From Clostridiales bacterium (lineage in GTDB: Bacteria; Bacillota; Clostridia; Christensenellales; Aristaeellaceae), in contig SVGU01000002.1 of assembly GCA_015056155.1 (NCBI GenBank), forward strand, positions 4,169 through 68,168: 64,000 nt of DNA, given 5' to 3'. Position numbers and translations under genes: made by a program. Position 1 is the first letter of the stretch; every line of letters begins with the position of its first letter. This document shows, piece after piece, positions 16,794 through 25,956 of the stretch. The notes beneath the pieces were generated by a model, which had not been told where the DNA came from, did no database searches, and saw only the letters and a list, made by a program, of their open reading frames with translations.

Positions 16794-17441
16794 TTACCGA
16801 TGAAGACCGAAGTGCCGCTCAACCAGTTCAACCGTCTTCTGCACGGTGCTGTCCGGCGTGCGCTCCAGCCAGAAGTATTCGCTGCGCTTAACGGCGCAAT
16901 AGAAGTCCGCATTCAGGCTGCGGAGGGTTTCGTTGCAGGTGGCCTTGGCCCTTTCCGGGTCAGACGCGCTGTTGATGAAGCGGTTGAACCCCTGATGATC
17001 AGGCCGGTTGCAGTAATCATCAATGATGTTGGACGGTTCCTTCAGCAGGAATACCACCCGGGCCGGATCCGTGAAGAGCCCGGCTTGCTCCAGCGTCAGA
17101 TGACAGTCGCACACCACGGGCCGGTCATGCGAAAGCCGGATCAGGTCCAGCAGCACAAAATCCAGCTGTTCCCTTGTGTTGTCAAGCAGCCATTTCCGGT
17201 ATTCCTCCACGCTTCGACCAAAGAATTCGTCAGCATCCCGGAAGTTTCTGTTCATCGCCGGCTGAAATGCCGGATCAGACAGTTGCCGGTGCCGGTCAAA
17301 CTGCTGGTCGATATCGAACAGCAGCAGATGATGGCGCTGCGCAAGAGCCCGGGAAATGGTGCTCTTTCCGCCGCAGGCAGTTCCGGTGACGAAAAACACA
17401 TTCTTCAAATACGTCTTGATAACATTGTTCTGAATATCCAT
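16794..17441 (-). CDS. P-loop NTPase / small-molecule kinase-like protein (AAA family)
   Basis: Start moved to ATG 17441 (GGAGGAAAGAATC-ATG). Walker A is VTGTACGGKST. The segment is visibly A+T-richer than its surroundings. Confidence 0.75.
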   Translation of the reverse strand: MDIQNNVIKTYLKNVFFVTGTACGGKSTISRALAQRHHLLLFDIDQQFDRHRQLSDPAFQPAMNRNFRDADEFFGRSVEEYRKWLLDNTREQLDFVLLDLIRLSHDRPVVCDCHLTLEQAGLFTDPARVVFLLKEPSNIIDDYCNRPDHQGFNRFINSASDPERAKATCNETLRSLNADFYCAVKRSEYFWLERTPDSTVQKTVELVERHFGLHR

Positions 17442-17635
17442 GATTCTTTCCTCCATTAAATAGTTTTGTGCGCAAAGTACATAAAACTATTTAACACAGT
17501 TTCATGTACTCAGAAGCTCCTGCGCAGCCTGATAACCATATCCCATACCTCCTCCGGTTTACTCACAGCCAGTATACCACTGCGCCCTTTTCTGCGTCAA
17601 GTTCACCTGCCGCACAACCAGCCCCGCAGGAGCAA

Positions 17636-17677
<42 letters not shown>

Positions 17678-17709
17678 CCCACTTCCCCCTCCCCCTTCCC
17701 GGAAAAACA

Positions 17710-17739
17710 TTGTCATCCCGCCCCTCCGTGTGATAAAAT
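17710..17739 (+). promoter_or_regulatory. Extended -10 promoter candidate for the helicase operon
   Basis: TTGTCA (17710-17715), 18-nt spacer, TGa-TAAAAT (17731-17739). Confidence 0.45.
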
Positions 17740-17810
17740 AGAGAAAACGCAACGCTGACAGGAAATGAGGGGGGAAGGACTGCCCCCAACACGCAGCACG
17801 GAGGGAAGCC

Positions 17811-20800
17811 ATGAGCAAGCTGGAGCAAGCGATCGTCCAGTGGGAGAACAGCCTGCTGGATCTGGGCAAGCGGAACCGGATGATCAACTATCCTGTCGCG
17901 GAGGGCAAGCGCCGCAGCCAGCAGCGGCTGGCGATTGCCGAGCCGGGCTATCATGAGGTCTACGATCTGCTGGTGCGTCAGGGGAAATCGCTGACGGTGC
18001 AGCAGCCGCCGGTGGAGAAGTTCGACCTGCGGTGCGAGGGCGTCATGCGCCTGTTTGAGCGCCTGGGCAGCCCGGTCGTTCCCATGCAGGGCGATCTGCG
18101 CCCCGAGGGCAGCTTCCCGGAGTACCGCAAGATCCTGGGCAACATGCGCGCCAAGATGAAGCTCGCCCGCGAGGAGCAGGGCATCGACATCCTCTACCTC
18201 ACCGTGGGCTTTCTGGACTGGAAGCAGCTCTCCGGCAAGCAGGAAAGCCTGACCTCGCCGCTGCTGCTGGTGCCGGTGCGGCTGAAGATGAAGAGCATCC
18301 GCGCGCCCCATGTGCTGGAGATGCTGGACGAGGACGTGGTGGTGAACCCGGCGCTCGACCAGCTGTTCCGGATGGAATACGGCCTGAGCCTGCCGGAGCT
18401 GCCCGACCAGGATGCGCCGGTGGACGAATACCTCGACCAGGTGGAGCTGCTGGCGAAGAAGCACGGCTGGCGCGTCCGCCGCGAGGCGCATCTGGCGCTG
18501 ATGTCCTTCCAGAAGCTGAGCATGTATCACGACCTGAAGCGCAGCCACGACCGCATCGCCGCCAGCGACGTGCTCCGCGCCATCTCCGGCGAGGCGCCCT
18601 ATCCCCTGGACGCCTCCGTGATGGACGGCGTGTCGCTGGACGCCATCCCCCCGGAGGACAGCCATCTGGTCGTCAACGCGGACAGCAGCCAGCAGTATGC
18701 CGTGGAGCTGAGCCGGCGCGGCGTCAGCTTCTGCCTGCAGGGCCCGCCCGGCGGCGGCAAGAGCCAGACCATCACCAACATCATCGCCCAGGCGCTGGCC
18801 GACGGCAAGAAGGTGCTCTTCGTCGCCGAAAAGATGGCCGCGCTGGATGTGGTGCACCGCCGCCTGAAGGACGCAGGCCTGGGGGAATTCACCCTGGCGA
18901 TGCACAACCACCGCGCCGACCGCCGCGCCATCCTCAATGAGATCAGCCATCCCCTGTCCCTGAAGAAGCAGGAGCTGGACCACAAGGCCATGGCGACCCT
19001 CGACGAGCTGGAGGAGCTGCGCCGGAGCCTGAATGTGTACCCGGTGCTGCTGCACCGCCGCCGTGAGCCGCTGGCGGAGAGCCTCTATTCCGTCCTGGGC
19101 GAGCTGGCGCAGCTGCAGGAGGTCCCCCTCGTCATGGCGCAGCTGCCCGGCGCGTCAAACGTCACCCGCGCCGACCTGACGACGGAAACGACCCGCGTCG
19201 CCCGCCTCGCCCGCGCCTACGAGCGCTATCAGACCCTGCCGGACAACCCGTGGGAGGGGCTGCAGGGCATGTGGACGACCTTCATGGCCCGCACGCAGCT
19301 GCAGGACGAGGCCCGCGCCGCCCTGGAGGCGCTGCAGACGCTCGCCCCGGCCGCCCAGGCCCTGACAGCCGCCGGTTATCTCCCCGCGGACTGCACGCCC
19401 GCCTCACTGGAGGCGCTGGCGCTTGTTTGCCATACCGTCAGGACGCAGGGAACCGTTCCGGAGGAACTCCTCAGCGCCTGCGGGCAGGTTTCCGCCCTGG
19501 CCCGGCAGGCACAGGAGGCCGCCGCGCAGCACCGCAGGGCGCGGGATGAGGCCGGCGAGGTGCTGCTTCCCGGCGCACATCTGGACGCAGACAGCCTCCT
19601 CACCCGCATGACCGCGCTGGACAGCGATCTGCGCGCCGTCATCACCGGCGTCCGCTACCAGTCGCAGACCGATGCCTTCCAGGCCCACTATGCCGCTCTC
19701 GTCCCCAGCGTGCAGCGAATGTACGACAGCGCCCTGCAGGCCCTGACGCTCCTGAACGACCCGGTGATGACCGGCTGCGAGGCCGACTGGGCGCTGGACG
19801 CCGCCGCCGCGCTGGCCGGCTGCCCCTACCTGCCGCAGGAGCTGGCGGAGACCGCCGCGCTGGAGTCCCTCTGCGCGCAGGTGAAGGCCGTCCGTCAGGA
19901 AGCCGCCCGCCTGCATCAGAAGATGAAGGAGCTGCTCATCAACTGGACGGACGAGGCGCTCCGGCTCGATCCCGCGCCCTATCTGCGCCGCTTCCAGAAC
20001 GAATACGCCGGCTTTACCCGGATGCTCAACCTCGCCCAGTATGCGCAGGACATGCGCGCCCTCGGCAGCGTCTACTGCGGCCATGCCCGGCTGGACGACA
20101 CGATCGCCCGGGGCTTCCTGACCCGCCTGACGACGTGGCAGGAGGAGGTCCGCGCGTGGGAGAAGGAGTCCCGGAGCGTCACCGCAGCGCTGGGGCTCCC
20201 CGCGATGGGCGTGGACGGCGCTTGGGACGCCGTCGAAAACCAGCTCACCGCGCTGACCGCCCTTTCCCGCTGCGCCGACAGCCCGGCGCACCGCCGCCTG
20301 CTGCTGGCCGCGATGGCTCAGCCGGACGTGCGGACGCACGCCGCGCGCATCACCGAGCCCCTGCGCTTCACCATGCTCGACCGGTCGCTCAGGAGCGCCG
20401 ATTTCCTCGGCGATGCGCTCGCGGACGAGATCGGCATGACCCTGCGCAGCGTCCGCACCGCCTGCGAGGACCTGACCAGCCTGCGGGACATGGTGGACCA
20501 GCTGCGCCCCGCCTGCCGGGACGGCGCGACCATCCCCGCCATGCTGTCCGCCCTGCGCGCGCTGGACGAAGCAGAGCGCAGCGCCCGCGCCGTCGCCGGG
20601 TTCGCCGGACAGCTCCGGCCGCTGCTGCCCGGCATGCCGCTGCATGCGGATACGGACTTCGCCGCCCTCGCCGACCGGGCCGACCGGATCGCCGGGGCCA
20701 TGGAGCAGCATGCGCTCCTGCCCGCAGATGCGGCCCGTCGCCTGCTGACCGGCGCGCTCCCCCTGCCGGCACCGGCTGCGCTGGAATGCTGGACCGCCGC

Positions 20801-23327
20801 GAAGGAGCCGGTTTGCGCCTTCGCTTCCCGCTTTGAAGGCAGCGCTCCCCTGTCCGATCCCCTCGACGCCCTCCAGACCCGTCTGACGCGCTGCCTGTCC
20901 GAGCCGGACGCCCTGGACCTGTGGCAGGAGTGGCGCGATATGCTGTCCGACATGGACGGCAGCCTCTTTGCGCCCTTCGTCCCCGCCGCCCGCAAGGCAA
21001 ATGTGCCCGCCCCGCAGTGGGCGGACGCGGCCCGCAGGCTCTTCCTGTACACCTGGGTCGAGGGCGTGCTGGACGAGGAGCACCTGCTGGCGCTCTTCCG
21101 CGCCCATGTGCATCAGGAGCGCATCGGCCGCTTCGCCGACCTCGACCAGCAGCAGCTGCACATCGCCCGCAGCCGCATCCGCAAGCAGCTGATCGACCTG
21201 GTGCCGGACGAGAAGCACCGCGCCCTCTCCGCCTCGGACGAGCTGGCGGTGCTCCAGCGCGAGCTGCTCAAGAAGCGCGGCCATCTTCCCCTGCGCAAGC
21301 TCTTTGCGAAGATCCCGAACCTGCTGTTGACCCTCAAGCCCTGCCTGATGATGTCGCCGCTGTCCGTCGCCTCCTTCCTGGAGAGCGGGGAGATGACCTT
21401 CGACCTCGTCATCTTCGACGAGGCCTCCCAGATCATGCCCGAAAACGCCATCGGCGCGATCCTGCGCGGTCGGCAGGTCATCGTCACCGGCGACACGAAG
21501 CAGATGCCCCCCACGGACTTCTTCACCGTGTCCGTGGGCGCGCACGACTATGACAGCGACGAGGAGGAGGAAGCGCAGGAAGCCCCGCCGGAGGAGTCCA
21601 TCCTGGAGCAGTGCGCCTGCGTGCTGCCCTCCTGCCCGCTTCTGTGGCACTACCGCAGCCGCCACGAGAGCCTCATCGCCTTCTCCAACCGGGAGATCTA
21701 TGCCGGCCGCCTCGTCACCTTCCCTGGCAGCATCGACCGCCAGCCCCATCTGGGCGTGGAGCTGGTCCATGTGCCCGACGGCGTGTTCTCCCGCCGCCGC
21801 AACAGGCAGGAGGCGAAGCGCTGCGTGCAGCTGATCGAGGATCACATCCTGCACCGGGCGCACCGGAGCCTCGGCGTGGTGGCCTTCAGCCGCACGCAGC
21901 AATCCGCCATCGAGGAGGAGCTGCACCGCTTCCGCATGGCCCGCCCGGAATTCGACAGCTTCTTCGACGAGAGCCGGGACGAGCCGTTCTTCATCAAGAA
22001 CCTGGAGAACGTGCAGGGCGACGAGCGCGATACGATGATCTTCTCCGTCGGCTATGCCCGTCCCGCCGACGGCAAGCCCATGTCCCTCAATCTCGGCCCC
22101 CTGTCCGCCTCCGGCGGCGAGCGCCGCCTGAACGTCGCCGTCACCCGTGCCCGCTACAACGTCAAGCTCGTCACCTCCGTGCTCGCCGGGGACATCGACC
22201 TGCGCCGCACCGCCTCCGAGGGCACGCGCCTCCTCCGCGCCTACATCGACTATGCCGAAAAGGGCTATGCCGCCCTGGAAGAGCCCGCCGCCGAGACCGC
22301 TCCCGCCTGCGACGCCTTCGTGTCCCGCCTGTCCGGGGTGCTCGCCGCCGCCGGGCTGACGGTGGAGCAAAGCGTCGGCTGCTCCGACTGCCGCGTGGAC
22401 CTGGCCATCCGCCGCCCCGCCCCCGAGGGCGACCCCGCCGGCAGCAGCTACGCCCTGGGCGTGATGACCGACGGCGCCGCCTATGCCGCCCAGCGCACCT
22501 GCCGCGACCGAGACAGCCTGCAATCCTCCGTCCTGCGCGGCATGGGCTGGCGGCTGCACCGGGTGTGGTCCGCAGACTGGCTGCAGCGGCCCGACAGCGT
22601 AGAGCGCGAGCTGCTCGCCGCCGCGCAGGAGGCGCTGCTGGCCCCCGATGCGCTGCCCGACGAGCCCGATGCGCCGCCGGAGCAGACCTGGTCCCACCCG
22701 GCCGCCGCATCCGACGCGCCCATCGCCTTCGCCGAGTATCAGCAGGCGCTCCTGCCCGAAGGCACGGAGCTGCCCATGAACGAGCTGATCCTGCGCATCG
22801 TGGAGACGGAGCAGCCCGTCCACCGGGACGAGGTCTGCCGCCGCCTGGCCCCCGCGCTGGGGCTGGAGCGCGTCACCCCCGCCCTGCGCAGGGACGCAGA
22901 GGTCGCCGTCGCCCGGCTGCTGCTGGACGAGCTGCGCGAGGATGACGGCTTCCTGTCCATGGCCGGCTTCACCCTGACCCATCCCCGCCGCGCCGGATCG
23001 CGCCCCATCGACATGATCTCCCCCGAGGAGCTGCGGCTGGCGCTGATGCTGGTGGCGGTGCATTCCATCGGCGCGGCCCCTGACAGCGTGATCGCCCGCG
23101 TGGCAGAGCTCCTGGGCTTCGAGCGCCGCGGCCCCCGCATCCAGCGTACGCTGGAGAGCACCCTGGACGCCCTCGCCGCCGACGGGCAGCTGACGATCGC
23201 CGACGGAAAGGTGCTCACGGCGCAGGAGCCGTCCGCCCTGCCCGCCGCGGACGCGCCCCTCGGCCTCCCTGCCCCCGCAGACACCGCGCTCATCCCGACC
23301 CTTCCGGAGGTGACTGACCATGACTGA
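17811..23327 (+). CDS. Giant SF1 (Upf1/DNA2-like) helicase of the DUF4011..AAA_11/AAA_12..REase-like..DUF3320 architecture
   Basis: 1838 aa, SD GGAGGG. The N-terminus WENSLLDLGKRNRMINY is DUF4011-like. Walker A is GPPGGGKSQT (18741). Walker B is VIFDEASQI (21408). Further motifs are VTGDTKQMPPT, HYRSRHESLIAFSN and RRLNVAVTRARYNV. A DUF559/MTES-like nuclease fold follows: CRVDLAIRRP..LGVMTDGAAY..RDRDSLQSSVLRGMGWRLHRVWSADW. The C-terminus ILRIVETEQPVHRDEVCRRLA is DUF3320-like. Confidence 0.9.
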   Translation: MSKLEQAIVQWENSLLDLGKRNRMINYPVAEGKRRSQQRLAIAEPGYHEVYDLLVRQGKSLTVQQPPVEKFDLRCEGVMRLFERLGSPVVPMQGDLRPEGSFPEYRKILGNMRAKMKLAREEQGIDILYLTVGFLDWKQLSGKQESLTSPLLLVPVRLKMKSIRAPHVLEMLDEDVVVNPALDQLFRMEYGLSLPELPDQDAPVDEYLDQVELLAKKHGWRVRREAHLALMSFQKLSMYHDLKRSHDRIAASDVLRAISGEAPYPLDASVMDGVSLDAIPPEDSHLVVNADSSQQYAVELSRRGVSFCLQGPPGGGKSQTITNIIAQALADGKKVLFVAEKMAALDVVHRRLKDAGLGEFTLAMHNHRADRRAILNEISHPLSLKKQELDHKAMATLDELEELRRSLNVYPVLLHRRREPLAESLYSVLGELAQLQEVPLVMAQLPGASNVTRADLTTETTRVARLARAYERYQTLPDNPWEGLQGMWTTFMARTQLQDEARAALEALQTLAPAAQALTAAGYLPADCTPASLEALALVCHTVRTQGTVPEELLSACGQVSALARQAQEAAAQHRRARDEAGEVLLPGAHLDADSLLTRMTALDSDLRAVITGVRYQSQTDAFQAHYAALVPSVQRMYDSALQALTLLNDPVMTGCEADWALDAAAALAGCPYLPQELAETAALESLCAQVKAVRQEAARLHQKMKELLINWTDEALRLDPAPYLRRFQNEYAGFTRMLNLAQYAQDMRALGSVYCGHARLDDTIARGFLTRLTTWQEEVRAWEKESRSVTAALGLPAMGVDGAWDAVENQLTALTALSRCADSPAHRRLLLAAMAQPDVRTHAARITEPLRFTMLDRSLRSADFLGDALADEIGMTLRSVRTACEDLTSLRDMVDQLRPACRDGATIPAMLSALRALDEAERSARAVAGFAGQLRPLLPGMPLHADTDFAALADRADRIAGAMEQHALLPADAARRLLTGALPLPAPAALECWTAAKEPVCAFASRFEGSAPLSDPLDALQTRLTRCLSEPDALDLWQEWRDMLSDMDGSLFAPFVPAARKANVPAPQWADAARRLFLYTWVEGVLDEEHLLALFRAHVHQERIGRFADLDQQQLHIARSRIRKQLIDLVPDEKHRALSASDELAVLQRELLKKRGHLPLRKLFAKIPNLLLTLKPCLMMSPLSVASFLESGEMTFDLVIFDEASQIMPENAIGAILRGRQVIVTGDTKQMPPTDFFTVSVGAHDYDSDEEEEAQEAPPEESILEQCACVLPSCPLLWHYRSRHESLIAFSNREIYAGRLVTFPGSIDRQPHLGVELVHVPDGVFSRRRNRQEAKRCVQLIEDHILHRAHRSLGVVAFSRTQQSAIEEELHRFRMARPEFDSFFDESRDEPFFIKNLENVQGDERDTMIFSVGYARPADGKPMSLNLGPLSASGGERRLNVAVTRARYNVKLVTSVLAGDIDLRRTASEGTRLLRAYIDYAEKGYAALEEPAAETAPACDAFVSRLSGVLAAAGLTVEQSVGCSDCRVDLAIRRPAPEGDPAGSSYALGVMTDGAAYAAQRTCRDRDSLQSSVLRGMGWRLHRVWSADWLQRPDSVERELLAAAQEALLAPDALPDEPDAPPEQTWSHPAAASDAPIAFAEYQQALLPEGTELPMNELILRIVETEQPVHRDEVCRRLAPALGLERVTPALRRDAEVAVARLLLDELREDDGFLSMAGFTLTHPRRAGSRPIDMISPEELRLALMLVAVHSIGAAPDSVIARVAELLGFERRGPRIQRTLESTLDALAADGQLTIADGKVLTAQEPSALPAADAPLGLPAPADTALIPTLPEVTDHD

Positions 23328-24204
23328 TCTGCCCCTGCTGCCCCTGCCGGACGATGACGCCGGACTGCGCCTCCCGGAAGGCGCCGCATTTTCCCAATTG
23401 CCTACCCCTACGGATTTTGCAGATTCCCAAATCATACCCCATAGCACGCTGATCCCCCCTTCGGAGGAGGAGCTGGCCGTTCCCTTCCGCTTCACCTTTG
23501 CCGGACGCGAATGCACCAGCCCTGCCGATCTGGCGCAGGCCATGGTCGACGCATGGGACGAGGCGCGCCTCGGGCTCCTCACCGGCAGGCTCGCCGGGGC
23601 GCTGGACGCGGTGAGCCTCCCCGCCGCCTCCGTCTGCCGGGAGGCTACCGCCGCTGCCGCCGCCGGGACGATCACCCCCGACCGGGCAGTGCTGTCGGTC
23701 ATCCACCGGCTGAGCGGCAAAGCGCTGGTCGTCTGGCAGGGCCGACGCTACGCCAGCGCCATCGACCTGGGCAGCAGCCTGCTGCAGGCGCTGCGCGGCA
23801 CCGGCGCCATCCCCGCCCACTTTGACAGCCTGATGACCAGCGCCGCCGCCTCCGTCTTCGCCGAGGAGGCGCAAAAGCCCGGTCTGCGCCGCCTCGAGAG
23901 CCGCTGCGCCGCCCCCGACTGCACCCTCCGGGAAAAGACCTGCCTGATGTACATGGTCGGCTTCCTCCTGTGCGGAACGGCCGCGCTGGTCATGGAGGGA
24001 GAGACGTTCTACACCGTGGAGCAACTCGCCGCGTGGCTGGAGGGACGGGCACGCCGCTCCAGCGCCGCCTTCACCCGCGCCTGCCACCGGCTGCTGGACG
24101 CAGACCACCTCCTCGACCCGCAGCTGGAGGCATGGCTGATCGCCCTGGGCAGGCGGCAGGACGTGGCGCTCTGGCAGGCCGAGATGGACGCCGGAATGCT
24201 GTGA
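23320..24204 (+). CDS. Hypothetical protein translationally coupled to the helicase; three internal about 65-aa repeats
   Basis: Its ATG lies inside the helicase stop region (ATGACTGA, 8-nt overlap). The repeats are FRFTFAGRECTSPADLAQAMVDAW.., LVVWQGRRYASAIDLGSSLLQAL.. and ETFYTVEQLAAWLEGR..LEAWLIALG. I recognise no catalytic motif. Confidence 0.7.
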   Translation: MTDLPLLPLPDDDAGLRLPEGAAFSQLPTPTDFADSQIIPHSTLIPPSEEELAVPFRFTFAGRECTSPADLAQAMVDAWDEARLGLLTGRLAGALDAVSLPAASVCREATAAAAAGTITPDRAVLSVIHRLSGKALVVWQGRRYASAIDLGSSLLQALRGTGAIPAHFDSLMTSAAASVFAEEAQKPGLRRLESRCAAPDCTLREKTCLMYMVGFLLCGTAALVMEGETFYTVEQLAAWLEGRARRSSAAFTRACHRLLDADHLLDPQLEAWLIALGRRQDVALWQAEMDAGML

Positions 24205-24268
24205 TCAGCAGGAATTCCGCCCCCGCAGCCCGAATATACCCACAACGATTCTTGTCGGATTGGAGCGA

Positions 24269-25537
24269 ATGAAGACGATGGACTATTCCTGTTATCTGAA
24301 GAAGATCAAGGCATCCCTTGCCCCCTCCACCGGCTGCACCGAGCCCGCAGCCATCGCGCTCAACGCCGCCACCGCCCGCGCCAGCGTCCGGGGCAGCATC
24401 ACTCGTGTGACATCGCGCCTGGACGCCTACCTGTTCAAGAACGCCATGGGCGTGGGCATTCCCGGCGCTGATGAGCGCGGCGTGAGCCTGTGCGTGGCGC
24501 TGGGCATCACCGCCGGCGACCCCCATGCCGGCATGAACGCCCTGCACACCGTCAAGCCCGATCAGCTGCAGGAGGCCAAGCTCCTGCGGGAGATGGTGAC
24601 GGTGGAGATCGCCGAGGAGGCCAGGGGGCTGTATATCGAGACGATCATCGAGACGGCGGAGGACACCGTGCGCGTCATCACCTCCGGCGAGCATGAATGC
24701 ATCGCCCGCATCGAGCACGCGCCCTTCGCCCCCTTCACCCCCGCAGAGGCGGAGGATGCCGAGGCCGCGCACGAGGGCTCCCTGGGCGAATTCATCGAGT
24801 TCGCCCGCACCTGCCCGCTGGAGGAGCTGACCTTCCTGCGCGATGCGCTGAACATGAACCGCGTCGTGTACTACCGCGCGATGGAGGAAGGTCTGGCGCA
24901 CCACGTGCTGCCCAACATGCTCCTGCAGGACGGCAGCCTCTACGCACAGGCCAAGAAGATGGCCGGCACGGCGAGCTACGCCCGCATGCACGGCATCCCC
25001 CTGCCCGTCATGACCGCCACCGGCAGCGGCAATCAGGGCCTGACGCTGTTCCTCACCGTGGATGCGGCCGCCCGCACCTTCAACGTATCCGAGGAGCGGC
25101 TGCTGCGCGCGCTGGCGGCGGCCTGCCTTGCCAACGTGTACATCAAGAGCTTCATCGGCCCGCTGTCCAGCGTATGCGCCTGCGGCGTGGCGTCCGGACT
25201 TTCCGCGTCCATCGGCGTGGTGTTCCTGATGGGCGGCGGCGAGAAGGAGATGCTGCAGGCGAGCCGGAACATTCTGGGTTCCGTCAGCGGCATGATCTGC
25301 GACGGCGCGAAGGAGGGCTGCGCATCGAAGGTGGCGCTGAGCGCGGGCCTGGCGGTGGAAGCGGCGTGTCTGGCGATGGAGGGCGGCGGCATCCATGCGC
25401 AGGATGGTATTCTGGATGAGAGCTTTGACCGGCTGATTGCGCATCTGGGCGAGCTGGTCTGTGTGGGCATGGGCGGCACGAACGACACGATCGTGCACAT
25501 CATGAAGGACGAAAAAGTACGCCGCCCCAACTGCTGA
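24269..25537 (+). CDS. UPF0597/YhaM-type L-cysteine desulfidase-like protein (serine dehydratase alpha-chain family)
   Basis: ..IKASLAPSTGCTEPAAIALNAA..MTATGSGNQGLT..GMICDGAKEGCASKVA.. The start is uncertain: TTG 24260, ATG 24269 or ATG 24278, none with a good SD. Confidence 0.8.
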   Translation: MKTMDYSCYLKKIKASLAPSTGCTEPAAIALNAATARASVRGSITRVTSRLDAYLFKNAMGVGIPGADERGVSLCVALGITAGDPHAGMNALHTVKPDQLQEAKLLREMVTVEIAEEARGLYIETIIETAEDTVRVITSGEHECIARIEHAPFAPFTPAEAEDAEAAHEGSLGEFIEFARTCPLEELTFLRDALNMNRVVYYRAMEEGLAHHVLPNMLLQDGSLYAQAKKMAGTASYARMHGIPLPVMTATGSGNQGLTLFLTVDAAARTFNVSEERLLRALAAACLANVYIKSFIGPLSSVCACGVASGLSASIGVVFLMGGGEKEMLQASRNILGSVSGMICDGAKEGCASKVALSAGLAVEAACLAMEGGGIHAQDGILDESFDRLIAHLGELVCVGMGGTNDTIVHIMKDEKVRRPNC

Positions 25538-25546
25538 CAAGGGGAC

Positions 25547-25697
25547 GGGAAAAAAGGGTTAAGGGGTGAAACCCCCTTACGGGGTGCAGGGCCGCGGAGG
25601 CCCTGCCCGCCGGAGGCCCGCCGCAGCGTCCCCGCGCCCGCAGGCGCAATCCCCACGACGCCTTTGAACGATCTCCGATCGTTCAAACAGTCCGACC
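25547..25697 (+). repeat. Repeat family A arm (about 105 bp) plus family B hairpin
   Basis: GGGAAAAAAGGGTTAAGGGGTGAAACCCCCT..CGCGCCCGCAGGCGCAA.. is homologous to 35577-35684. It is followed by GCCTTTGAACGATCTCCGATCGTTCAAACAGTCCGACC (10-bp stem, 3-nt loop), as at 35690 and 35893. Confidence 0.85.
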
Positions 25698-25824
25698 GAC
25701 TCCAAAAGAAAAAGACACCCCAGTGCAGTAACTTCAATCCTCCGCCCCGCACCAGCAACACAGGAAAAGTCCTGAAGCAAGAGGCAGATCTGGCCCAACA
25801 GAATTCCGCAGTTGCCACGGAGAA

Positions 25825-25869
25825 CTCCCTCAGTCGCCTTGCGGCGACAGCTCCCTCAGGGAGGGAGCC
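25825..25869 (+). repeat. Repeat family C double palindrome
   Basis: CTCCCTCAGTCGCCTTGCGGCGACAGCTCCCTCAGGGAGGGAGCC. The reverse-complement copy lies at 39862-39905. Confidence 0.85.
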
Positions 25870-25956
25870 TTTGGACGGCGGCCCTGCGCCAACGCAAGTT
25901 CCCTGTTTTCAGACAGAGGAAGCTGCACGCCCATCCCAACAAAAAGGAGAATTTCC

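Noticed and set aside
19404-23720. 1438-aa ORF on the minus strand, the longest ORF after the helicase
   Set aside because: It is antisense to the helicase and its partner. The composition is dominated by Gly/Ala/Arg/Pro/Leu with no motifs. This is the typical shadow ORF of a high-G+C gene, whereas the plus-strand ORFs carry complete helicase motifs and an SD.
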